Positions 9,101 to 16,740 of a stretch of 48,887 bases of DNA are shown here, piece after piece. Under the pieces are notes generated by a model. That model was given only the letters and a program-made list of their open reading frames with translations, was not told where the DNA came from and ran no database searches. The stretch's first letter is position 1, and every line of letters starts with the position of its first letter. The stretch is from Sulfurovum sp. (GTDB taxonomy: Bacteria > Campylobacterota > Campylobacteria > Campylobacterales > Sulfurovaceae): contig JALWLU010000079.1 of assembly GCA_026996325.1 (NCBI GenBank), positions 1 through 48,887 on the forward strand. The letters run 5' to 3'. Position numbers and translations under genes: made by a program.

Positions 9101-11032
9101 TACATCAAAATCATCGACATCCAGGCCGGTATTGTTGTTTTGCAGGTCATTGAATTTATTGTCAATATGGTCTCTGTCAATATTGCTCAAAATAGCATTA
9201 TAAACATTGGGACTACTGTCGTTCGGATCAGGTATGCTTGTCATGTCATTAGTATTGTCAGTAAGACCGATCTTTAGTCCGTCCGGGCTGTAGTCCTCTT
9301 CTCCTTCACCGGAGAAAAGAGACATTTTTGCAGTAATTGTCCCAGAAGTCGGTAGTTTGAAACCCTCTATTTTAACAGTTTCACTGGAGTCGTAAAGTTG
9401 AATCATGCCTCCGTAGATGGTAACGTTTCTTGGTTTCCCCTGAAACGGATCTTCCGCATAAATAACAACAAGTGACCATCCGCCATAGATACCAGGACTA
9501 TGTTCCCGCCCCTCTTCAGTAGGAAGGTTCGCTACGGTAAATGTGTGTTTTCCTGCTGACAGATTAGTACTCTGAAGCAGTGCGGTTACATCTGCAATGG
9601 CAGAGTAGGTTTTTCCCCCACTATATGAGATGTAATAGAGTTTGTGTGCCTGTATGGGAGTATAGGTACCGTTGTCGATTTTTAATTTTATTTTGTTGGC
9701 ACCAGCAGCACCAAGGTCTATATTGTCAACGTCTGTATCATCACCCACCTCATGTTCAATTGGTCCATTGTCCCCCTCTGTATAGTAACGTAGCTCCTCT
9801 ACAGTATTATCTTTATCCCAGGCAAAACGCCCTTGCCACATTAAACCTGCCCAAAGTATTCCTTTCCCTCCGTTTTGGTCATAAATATCGGGTAGTGTAA
9901 TATTTGATGAAGAGGAGTTCCACGTGTTGGGGTCGTCATCAATGTCAATGTATTTAGCTACATAGTTGTTTGAAGTAGATGCGGGATATGATCCATCGAT
10001 ATTGGTAGAATCTTGACAAATATATGTATCGTCCGGATATCCACTGGTTTTTTGTGTTAAACATAAAACAGTATTCCCCGCAATCAGATAGTTTCCAATT
10101 ACATTTTGTGTTGAGGCAGGATTGAGTTGTTCGAAACCGAGAGTAGTGTCATAGTCTGTCACAACCTGTACGACAATTGTAACTATCGCAGAGGACGAGC
10201 CTGAACCGGTACTGTCCTGAATCGTATATTGAAAGTTTACGGTGCCGGTAAAGCCTGTGTCCGGTACATAGGTGAAGCTGCCATCACTGTTCAGTGTGAC
10301 CGTTCCACTGTTTGGCTGGGTGTACCCGCTGACATACTTATTGAGTCCAGAATCGTTAGATAAGACACCAGGGGCACCTACTGTCAGCGTTTGGTTCATG
10401 GATGTAGTATAGGTATCGTCAACAGCCTGCAGCACAGGTGCAGAAACAATGATGTTGAAAGTTGTAGTGGCATCGGGAGGTGTCCCGTTTGATACCGTTA
10501 CAGTAACAGGGTATGTCCCTACAGTTGTCGGTGTTCCGCTGATTACACCTGTTGAGGAGTTTATTGTAAGCCCCGGGGGCAGCCCCGTTGCACTATAGGT
10601 TAGATTATTCCCTGTAGTATAGGTTGAAACATCAAGTGAAAAGGTAGTTCCCACCTCAACATACTGGTCGGGTATCGGTGAAATGGTTGGTGGTGTAGGG
10701 GTCTGTATGGATATGGTAACAGTTGCGCTATCGGAATACCACCACCTCCATACTTTGTAATACATTGTATAGGTAAATGTTACTGTTCCAGTACACGTAC
10801 CCGGATCATACGTAAAGTCTCCACTAGTGTAAAAACTAGTAATCGTTCCACATGTTGGATAAGAATAGCTATATACATATTTTTCGTCGCCTGAATCATT
10901 TGTCAATACATTTTCTGTAAGTTGTGTATTGTATGGTGTGCTGAAACTATCGTCTACCGCAGCAGCCTGCACAAAAACAGATAAAATAGCAATATATAAC
11001 ACAAGGGAAAACAATTTTGTTAAATGTTTCAT
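6149..11032 (-). CDS. Large secreted adhesin with Ig/cadherin-like repeats and MshQ-like C-terminal region (1627 aa)
   Basis: ATG 11032 after AAAGGAAG; Sec signal MKHLTKLFSLVLYIAILSVFVQA; two AVDD...Y-x-P cadherin-like repeats flanking a GLPPGLTINSSTGVISGTPT Ig repeat; CSRDNFSIRP and FYYGRL resemble MshQ; abuts the pilin genes. Confidence 0.85.
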   Translation of the reverse strand: MKHLTKLFSLVLYIAILSVFVQAAAVDDSFSTPYNTQLTENVLTNDSGDEKYVYSYSYPTCGTITSFYTSGDFTYDPGTCTGTVTFTYTMYYKVWRWWYSDSATVTISIQTPTPPTISPIPDQYVEVGTTFSLDVSTYTTGNNLTYSATGLPPGLTINSSTGVISGTPTTVGTYPVTVTVSNGTPPDATTTFNIIVSAPVLQAVDDTYTTSMNQTLTVGAPGVLSNDSGLNKYVSGYTQPNSGTVTLNSDGSFTYVPDTGFTGTVNFQYTIQDSTGSGSSSAIVTIVVQVVTDYDTTLGFEQLNPASTQNVIGNYLIAGNTVLCLTQKTSGYPDDTYICQDSTNIDGSYPASTSNNYVAKYIDIDDDPNTWNSSSSNITLPDIYDQNGGKGILWAGLMWQGRFAWDKDNTVEELRYYTEGDNGPIEHEVGDDTDVDNIDLGAAGANKIKLKIDNGTYTPIQAHKLYYISYSGGKTYSAIADVTALLQSTNLSAGKHTFTVANLPTEEGREHSPGIYGGWSLVVIYAEDPFQGKPRNVTIYGGMIQLYDSSETVKIEGFKLPTSGTITAKMSLFSGEGEEDYSPDGLKIGLTDNTNDMTSIPDPNDSSPNVYNAILSNIDRDHIDNKFNDLQNNNTGLDVDDFDVSSIVSDFPRDTTAFYLNMWAREYVVPGMLAFSVELYRPTLCYDYTLDVGGIIIPSTDNEINTNLGIYTNTPMTTRISIRSNEADFVLNDVNISYAIADVNQTQYIPGTTMIAPDGVYRYTDASALTFDESPLGFGMYIGDGAAPGKGGSIDELQTVYLKFENDLNGSVDTTFSLRAQFTVDYGSGPAPQAMVFGPDDICRNSGGYYPALGIFNVISDTSSSDGTPYNLNTQVADRAFDVKMFSYDPADLTTLMNSDTTVEVELYNAGLFSRDVNLTCTNPDSNITVPFFVPFNNTYSVDLSGLRYNVAIRNTAFRTWYLSEPDGSVLQHHCTDRYDNDCFETLYADNYATHEGPDGNCTTDCTIGVASGNDSCYSCLRAFYGTPVCSRDNFSIRPESFSVKLYDTNEDNSTTATAIELADSHTVNTTKLAAGYKYRYEINASSFRSDSAVPRYFMIFDNDNSGPSVREWSPSGTVSGCNDTSGKPLNTVLFNGTNLIAAVPELYTPDPVEQVGEYAYILSDQNWTRADWDPALLTHHTTASTWLFTDGTPATDCVKDSNATANEGTNSIQGCVTTNDHDTGRTYIPLRLEFHPYSYNVSGLSYGAGPSMRDANGSVVYINSVSQTLPYPEGYYTSSGTPVDENMSFNIQGKFFAQSYTGQQLTNYVDSCYADPVDMNLSHTFMDPVSSLYTWRYDLIDTNESDQTDIILPREDNSLAIAADSVVTQNAANFRRDMQGAIFMDLGYNFDRYINIPLNPVRILFGDMNLSNANKPDIAVDMIPDHKIYGLLEIDQRVHFYYGRLKPAQAFYDNIVTSSATTPVSVVVYCDATPVTAGGLGLSGCNARGLNLQSNEIQWWKAVDHNTSDGDGSIGLAIGTLTEGSGSPYLSSSSVAINASNGENNTLFVDRGSNPTLPMTVPVELLLYPNTVHTDRWLIYNEFNSTVPSPFYRVRFIGTSGWAGEGETGHVVNDNADTHKNKRVGW

Positions 11033-11108
11033 TTTTCGCTTCCTTTGTTCCGGTATTGACCGGAAGGTAAATACGTATGTACATCGAAATGACATAAGCA
11101 ACTAACGC

Positions 11109-11190
11109 TTACGGTAGGCAGCCCGGCTGCCTGCGTGAGGCCCGTGGCTTTCCGTCTCCGCATCGCTGCGGGTTTGGCTTTTCTCCGTAC
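11109..11190 (-). promoter_or_regulatory. c-di-GMP-I (GEMM) riboswitch
   Basis: Minus strand GTACGGAGAAAAGCCAAACCCGCA-GCGA-TGCGGAGACGGAAAGCCACGGGCCTCACGCAGGCAGCCGGGCTGCCTACCGTAA: P1 TACGG/CCGTA, GNRA-capped P2, GACGGAAAG junction and P3 match the class consensus; extended -10 TGGTATATT at 11203-11211. Confidence 0.9.
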
Positions 11191-11293
11191 ACTACTTAAC
11201 TAAATATACCATATCTAAGATAAAATAGATATAAAAATAAGTTCAATTTATAGTTGTAAATACAATTAAATTTACACATTTAGTCGGTTTGTA

Positions 11294-11549
11294 TCTTCTG
11301 GAACTGAAATCTTTATTGAAATGTATGCCCTTTGGTACAGTTTCGGTTTGATGTGGAACGGCAGCAAAACATATAGCGGGGATAAATCCTTTGACTCCAT
11401 AAAAACGTGGAATACCGTCATTCCTGCGAAGGCAGGAATCTTCACGCCATTTGCCCAATCAACGTCAAGGTCCCGCATCAAGTGCGGGATGACAAAGAGA
11501 AAGGAATCGAACGCTTTATTGAAATGTATACCCTTGGGTATAGCTTCGG
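11294..11549. repeat. Composite REP cluster, copy 1 (GGAA-type units plus a GTCATTCC/GGGATGAC pair)
   Basis: Units at 11300-11346, 11376-11398, 11417-11493, 11503-11549; 11393-11549 is a near-identical direct repeat of 12434-12589. Confidence 0.9.
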
Positions 11550-11585
11550 TATAGTGTGGAACTTTGGAAAAGTGTACACCAAAGC

Positions 11586-11927
11586 TTACGCTGTGTTAAA
11601 GACAACATCCAATGCCTCTCTGCACGCAAGTAAAGCACTTTCAGAAATCTCCCCCAACTTATGTGTAAGCCGTATTTGCGACACTGAACGTACCTGGAAA
11701 AGGTCGATTACAGATTTTTTCTTCAGACCGTTTTTTGCAGTGGGTTCGATGATGACCATCCATGGCACTTGCGCATAGTGGGGTTTGAAATCGGTTATGG
11801 GTGCTATCACTTTCAGAGGCAGTTTGCCGATTTTGTCACTGTTGAGTATGACGCAGGGCCTGCTCTTTTTAATTTCGGAACCGACCGTAGGGTCGAGGTT
11901 CACCTGCCATACAGAGCCCTGTATCAC
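11586..11927 (-). CDS. PemK/MazF-family toxin
   Basis: QGSVWQVNLDPTVGSEIKKSRPCVILNSD...VIAPIT...KKSVIDLFQVRSVSQIRL; GTG start overlaps the antitoxin TGA. Confidence 0.95.
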   Translation of the reverse strand: MIQGSVWQVNLDPTVGSEIKKSRPCVILNSDKIGKLPLKVIAPITDFKPHYAQVPWMVIIEPTAKNGLKKKSVIDLFQVRSVSQIRLTHKLGEISESALLACREALDVVFNTA

Positions 11928-12175
11928 TGAAAATCCTCGCCATCGAGATTCGTGAAGGATGTCAGTTCGCTGTTGTGTTCATACTCTCCGGTCATAAGAT
12001 CTACAGCTCTTGCCAGCCTCTCCTCTTCCTGCTTTTTTACAAAATGCTCTATGGCCTGTTTTATGATGTCGGACTTGGAACTTTTCATCTCCTCTTTAAG
12101 GGCGTCAAGTGTGACATTCATGCTGTGCGGCAGGGAGAAGGTGATACGGTCATAGGTATGCTGCGTTGACATCAT
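11924..12175 (-). CDS. Ribbon-helix-helix antitoxin of the MazF toxin
   Basis: RITFSLP...SKSDIIKQAIEHF RHH pattern; acidic C-terminus DGEDFQ; 4-nt overlap with the toxin. Confidence 0.88.
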   Translation of the reverse strand: MMSTQHTYDRITFSLPHSMNVTLDALKEEMKSSKSDIIKQAIEHFVKKQEEERLARAVDLMTGEYEHNSELTSFTNLDGEDFQ

Positions 12176-12204
12176 AAAATCCTTTATTATTATGAATATG
12201 CTAA

Positions 12205-12233
12205 ATTATACACCAAAATATGATGTTTGTAAA
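12205..12233 (-). promoter_or_regulatory. Sigma70-type promoter of TA module 1
   Basis: Minus strand TTTACA, 17 nt, TATAAT. Confidence 0.7.
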
Positions 12234-12250
12234 GAGCGTATCGGTGCTCC

Positions 12251-12589
12251 TCTTCTGGAACCGAAAGTTTTAACTTCGGTAAGACGTTGAATTGTAGAAA
12301 AACGTATAGCGGGGCTGTCCCGCAAGGGGATACACCGTGATAAAGCCTCCGATTCCAAGAGATGTGGAACCGAAGTTTTAACTTCGGCAAAACGTTGAAC
12401 CAGCAGAAAACGCAGGGCAGGGCTAAAGCTTCCGACTCCATAAAACGTGGAAGCCCGTCATTCCTGCGAAGGCAGGAATCTTCACGCCATTTGCCCAATC
12501 AACGTCAAAGTCCCGCATCAAGTGTGGGATGACAAAGGGAAAGGAAACGAAAGTTTTATTGCAATGTATGCCCTTGGGTATAGCTTCGG
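12251..12589. repeat. Composite REP cluster, copy 2
   Basis: Units at 12257-12279, 12309-12356, 12366-12387, 12417-12439, 12457-12533, 12543-12589; starts with TCTTCTGGAAC like copy 1. Confidence 0.9.
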
Positions 12590-12617
12590 AAAAATGTAGA
12601 AGTATAAATGGCGCACT

Positions 12618-12953
12618 CTAAAGCAAAAGCTTGCAGAGTGATTGTTGTATGACCTCAAGCTCATCTTGGGATAGTGTGGCAAGTTTTTCTTTGATACGCG
12701 TTTTGGAAAGTGCCCGGATCTCGTTGATGCAGGCATCGCTGTTTTGATGAAGTGCCTCTCTTTTGCCGATGGTGTACCTGTAGGGCAGGGCATCTTTTAC
12801 AATGACGGTGGAGAGTGGAATGACAATGCAGGTCTCCAGAATGGCGTTATCCTCGGGCTCACTCATGATGATCGCCGGACGGAGTTTACCTATCTCTCCG
12901 CCCTTTGCCGGATTGAAGTCGACAAGGTGTATGTCCCCTCTACATAATGCCAT
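12618..12953 (-). CDS. PemK/MazF-family toxin
   Basis: RGDIHLVDFNPAKGGEIGKLRPAIIMS...IVIPLST...SDACINEIRALSKTRI. Confidence 0.93.
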   Translation of the reverse strand: MALCRGDIHLVDFNPAKGGEIGKLRPAIIMSEPEDNAILETCIVIPLSTVIVKDALPYRYTIGKREALHQNSDACINEIRALSKTRIKEKLATLSQDELEVIQQSLCKLLL

Positions 12954-13191
12954 CGCCAACGCTCCCGTCACCGATTGGATCTCTCTTTTGCGCCTTGGCT
13001 ACGCGTTTGAGCAGCGTCTCCTTTTTTTGCTTTTCGATCTTGTCCAGGAACTTCTGGAACTCCCCTTTGAGGGCGACAGGGACAAAAAAGCCGATCTCCT
13101 CTTTTTTCCGCCCGTCCAGTATGTGGATGATTTGGTCTGTCTTGAAAAAGTCGCTTGAGTTTCGCATTTGGCTTAATGTCGTTTCAATCAT
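12940..13191 (-). CDS. Putative antitoxin with Phd/YefM-like N-terminus
   Basis: 83 aa directly upstream of and overlapping the MazF gene; AAAGGA RBS; TTLSQMRN...IIHILDGRKKEEIGFFVP. Confidence 0.75.
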   Translation of the reverse strand: MIETTLSQMRNSSDFFKTDQIIHILDGRKKEEIGFFVPVALKGEFQKFLDKIEKQKKETLLKRVAKAQKRDPIGDGSVGDGIM

Positions 13192-13224
13192 GCATATCCT
13201 TTTGCATTTTAAATATGTATTTTA

Positions 13225-13254
13225 ATTTTATCATATTAAAATGATATATGTCAA
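13225..13254 (-). promoter_or_regulatory. Promoter and probable operator of TA module 2
   Basis: Minus strand TTGACA, 18 nt, TAAAAT with extended TG; TATCAT-N6-ATGATA inverted repeat in the spacer. Confidence 0.65.
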
Positions 13255-13333
13255 TATGTTAGCCGCAGGCGACTAATACACTTTTTACATACTTTGGGAT
13301 ATGATATAGATAACATTTACAAAGAGGGTGGCT

Positions 13334-13981
13334 ATGGTATTGAAAAAGAGTCTTTTGGCGGGTGCTGCGGCACTGCTGCTGCTTGCCGGGTGCGGCAGTG
13401 ACGATGAGGTAACGGAGTTCAACAAACCCGCGCTCTACTGGTATCAGCAGATCGCAGGCAGTATCGCTTCAAGCAATATGGATAAGGCCGACGAGTACTA
13501 TATTTCGCTCAAAAGCGAGCATATGCAGTCACCGCTGATGCCTACTGCAATTATGATGCTGGCACAGGCGCACATGCAGAACGAAGAGTATCTGCTGGCG
13601 GGCTACTACCTCGATGAGTACAACAAGCGTTATGCGGACTACTCGACGATGGAGTACACCGAGTTCATGAAGCTGAAGGCTTCGTTTTTGGGTATCAAGG
13701 ATGTCTACAAGGACCAGAAGCTCATCATGGACAGCATCAACAAAGCCAAAATATACAAGCTGCGTTACCCAGACTCTCTGTATACGCCGCTTGTCAATAC
13801 GATGCTCATCCGACTGCACATGGCACAGTACCTCCTCAACGAGAATATCGCGGCACTCTATGAGCGTACAGACAAGCCTGAAGCGGCCAAGATCTACCGC
13901 GAGAAGAACAAGCACTCCATCGTGGAGATGGCAGACATTACGCCGCCTGAGAAGGGCATTATCGGAGAGATATTCGACTAA
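13334..13981 (+). CDS. bamD: Outer membrane protein assembly lipoprotein BamD (ComL)
   Basis: Lipobox LAGC; TPR-like helical pattern; ends before lon as in other Campylobacterota; start could be GTG 13328. Confidence 0.88.
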   Translation: MVLKKSLLAGAAALLLLAGCGSDDEVTEFNKPALYWYQQIAGSIASSNMDKADEYYISLKSEHMQSPLMPTAIMMLAQAHMQNEEYLLAGYYLDEYNKRYADYSTMEYTEFMKLKASFLGIKDVYKDQKLIMDSINKAKIYKLRYPDSLYTPLVNTMLIRLHMAQYLLNENIAALYERTDKPEAAKIYREKNKHSIVEMADITPPEKGIIGEIFD

Positions 13982-14009
13982 AAGCGTATCCTCGCTTTTG
14001 CTCGGAAGG

Positions 14010-14108
14010 AAAAATTAAAAATTAAAAATTAAAAAATTGTTTACTTCTATTGACTATACTTTCGTTCTTGCAACAACTTTAACTTTTAATTTTTAACTTT
14101 TAATTTTC
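14010..14108. repeat. Inverted pair of heptamer tandem arrays around a short spacer
   Basis: (AAAAATT)x3 plus one variant at 14010-14038; AACTTTT/AATTTTT units at 14075-14108. Confidence 0.85.
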
Positions 14109-14127
14109 AAAATCCAAAGGATTTTCT

Positions 14128-16545
14128 ATGCAGCTTAGCGATTATGACAACTTTCCCAATACACTGCCGGTGGTGGTGGAGGATGAACTCTTCCTCTACC
14201 CGTTTATGATAAGCCCGATCTTTCTGACAGACCAGAAGGACATCGATGCGGCGACCGAGGCGATGGAGAACAATTCGCTGCTTTTTGTCACCGCTTCCAT
14301 GCCGGGGAAAGAGGGCAGACGCGACTTCGACTCCATCTACAAGATGGGTGTTATCGGCTCCATTATGCGCAAGGTGCACATTCCTGACGGAAGGGTGAAG
14401 ATCCTCTTTCAGGGGCTTGCGCGCGGACGTATTGTCGAGCCGGTTCCTGGTGAGATAAACCGTGCCGTCATCGATGTGGTGGAGCAGCCCGCCTACGACA
14501 AGCTGCGTGCCGACGCGCTGATGGATGTGCTGCGCGACAAGATAAAGAAGCTCTCCACGCTCAGCTCCCACGTCCCTGCAGACCTGGTCAAGACGATAGA
14601 GGAGAACGACGAGCCCCAGCGTATCGCCGACCTTGTCTCTTCGATGCTGAAGCTCGACAAAGAGGTGGCCTATGCACTCTACATCGAGCCCAATATCGAA
14701 AAACGGCTGCTGGGACTCATCGATGTGATCAGTTCCGAGATTGAGTCTGCGAAGGTGCAGCGCGAGATCCGCTCCAAGGTGCACAACAAGATAGAGCAGA
14801 CCAACAAGGAGTATTTCCTCAAGGAGCAGCTCAAGGAGATTCAGCAGGAGCTGGGGATGGACACCCAGCGCGAAGAGGAGATCGTACAGTTTCGTGAAAA
14901 GATAGAGCAGCTCAAGCCCTACATGAACGAAGATGCCTACAAGGAGATCAGCAAGCAGCTCGACCGTTTTGCCAGAATGCATCCCGATTCGGCCGACGCG
15001 AACCTGCTTCAGAGCTATCTTGAGTGGGTACTTGAGCTTCCCTTTGGCAAATATACGAAAAAGAACCTCTCGGTCGACGATGTCGCAAGAGAGCTCGACA
15101 AGGACCACTATTCGCTCGAGAAACCCAAAGAGCGTATTGTGGAGTTCTTTTCGGTGCGTGAACTGGCTATGCTCAGGGGTGTGCAGCCCAAAGAGACCGG
15201 CGGTGCCATCCTCTGTTTTGCAGGCCCTCCGGGTGTGGGAAAAACTTCTCTTGCCAACTCCATTGCACATGCACTCGGACGTCCGCTGGTGCGCATCGCG
15301 CTTGGCGGGCTCGAGGATGTCAACGAGCTTCGCGGACACCGCCGCACCTACGTGGGTGCGATGCCCGGACGCCTGGTACAGGGGCTCATAGAGGCAAAGA
15401 GCATGGACCCCGTCATCGTACTTGACGAGATAGACAAGGTCGGCCGCAGTATGCGCGGCGATCCGACAGCGGCACTGCTTGAGATACTCGACCCTGAACA
15501 GAACAGCAAGTACCGTGACTACTACCTCAACTTCAACATTGACCTGAGCAAGGCGGTGTTCATCGCCACGGCCAACGACGTTGGGCGCATCCCTGCACCG
15601 CTTCGCGACCGTATGGAGTTCATTGGGCTCAACTCCTATACACCCAAGGAGAAGTTCGAGATCGCCAGACGCTACCTGATCCCGCAGGAGCTCAAAAAGC
15701 ATGCACTCAAGCCGCATGAGTTCTCCATCTCCGATAAGGCGCTGCGTATTCTCATTGATGAATACACGCGTGAAGCCGGGGTGCGTAACCTCAGACGCCG
15801 CATTGCCGGTCTGATGCGTAAAACGGCACGCATACTGCTTGAGGACAAAAAAAGGGAGAGCGTGCACATCACGAAGAAGAACCTCGAGAAGTTCGTCGAC
15901 AAGAAAGTGTTCGAATTCTCCGTGGTGGATAAGAAGCCGCAGGTGGGAGTGGTCTCCGGTCTTGCCTGGACAGCCGTCGGCGGTGATGTACTGACTATCG
16001 AAGCGATCAAGATACGTGGAAAGGGCGGTCTGCAGCTTACCGGAAGCCTTGGAGATGTGATGAAAGAGTCGGTACGCATTGCCCACTCTGTCGTGAAGAT
16101 CCTTATCGATCAGCGAAAACTGAAGATCCCGGCTTCTGTCATTCCTCATACGATGAAGGAGCGCGAAGAGCGCATAGAGGTGGACCCAAGCGAAGTCTAC
16201 AAGCGTTACGATCTGCATATTCACGTACCCGAAGGGGCAACGCCAAAAGACGGTCCAAGTGCCGGTATTACGATGATGACGGCCATCGCTTCGATTCTGA
16301 GTGAGCGCAAGGTCGACAACAAGGTGGCGATGACAGGCGAGGTGACCCTAACAGGAAAGGTCCTGCCAATCGGCGGACTCAAAGAGAAACTCATCGCTGC
16401 GCATAAAGCAGGTGTCAAAAAGGCACTGATACCGGTTAAAAATTACGAAAGAGACCTTGAAGATATCCCTGATGAGGTCAAGGAGAATGTAAAGATTATC
16501 GGTGTGTCGAATGTGGAAGAGGTTCTTAAGGAAGCGCTGCTGTAG
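14128..16545 (+). CDS. lon: Lon protease (endopeptidase La)
   Basis: GPPGVGKTS, RGHRRTYVGAMPG, PKDGPSAG catalytic Ser, IGGLKEK. Confidence 0.98.
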   Translation: MQLSDYDNFPNTLPVVVEDELFLYPFMISPIFLTDQKDIDAATEAMENNSLLFVTASMPGKEGRRDFDSIYKMGVIGSIMRKVHIPDGRVKILFQGLARGRIVEPVPGEINRAVIDVVEQPAYDKLRADALMDVLRDKIKKLSTLSSHVPADLVKTIEENDEPQRIADLVSSMLKLDKEVAYALYIEPNIEKRLLGLIDVISSEIESAKVQREIRSKVHNKIEQTNKEYFLKEQLKEIQQELGMDTQREEEIVQFREKIEQLKPYMNEDAYKEISKQLDRFARMHPDSADANLLQSYLEWVLELPFGKYTKKNLSVDDVARELDKDHYSLEKPKERIVEFFSVRELAMLRGVQPKETGGAILCFAGPPGVGKTSLANSIAHALGRPLVRIALGGLEDVNELRGHRRTYVGAMPGRLVQGLIEAKSMDPVIVLDEIDKVGRSMRGDPTAALLEILDPEQNSKYRDYYLNFNIDLSKAVFIATANDVGRIPAPLRDRMEFIGLNSYTPKEKFEIARRYLIPQELKKHALKPHEFSISDKALRILIDEYTREAGVRNLRRRIAGLMRKTARILLEDKKRESVHITKKNLEKFVDKKVFEFSVVDKKPQVGVVSGLAWTAVGGDVLTIEAIKIRGKGGLQLTGSLGDVMKESVRIAHSVVKILIDQRKLKIPASVIPHTMKEREERIEVDPSEVYKRYDLHIHVPEGATPKDGPSAGITMMTAIASILSERKVDNKVAMTGEVTLTGKVLPIGGLKEKLIAAHKAGVKKALIPVKNYERDLEDIPDEVKENVKIIGVSNVEEVLKEALL

Positions 16546-16567
16546 CTGCCGCATAATCTGCCGTTTA

Positions 16568-16696
16568 ACATCAAGATTCCTGCTTTCGCAGGAATGACGG
16601 GGTTGGAGAGTTGTCATCCCGCACTCGATGCGGGATCTTGACATTGAGAATTATTTGATTGATTTGTATGTAGATTCCTGCTTTCACAGGAATGAT
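16568..16696. repeat. GTCATTCC/GTCATCCC-type REP cluster (3 units)
   Basis: GATTCCTGCTTTCGCAGGAATGAC, GTCATCCCGCACTCGATGCGGGATC, GATTCCTGCTTTCACAGGAATGA between convergent genes. Confidence 0.88.
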
Positions 16697-16740
16697 AAAG
16701 TTTTTCAGTTTCCCTTCAAGAGAACTGTGACAAAACTCTC

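Noticed and set aside
11109-11190. cGAMP-sensing (GEMM-Ib) riboswitch variant
   Set aside because: The GCGA loop and GACGGAAAG junction resemble Geobacter examples, but the discriminating position 20 (11178) is G, not A.
11243-12498. ORFs 11243-11458 and 12190-12498 sharing MGKWREDSCLRRNDG, and other ORFs over the repeat blocks
   Set aside because: The similarity comes from the DNA repeat; no RBS or recognisable domain.
11294-12620. Classical integron attC sites between the TA modules
   Set aside because: No RYYYAAC...GTTRRRY boundaries at the toxin ends and no intI in the window.
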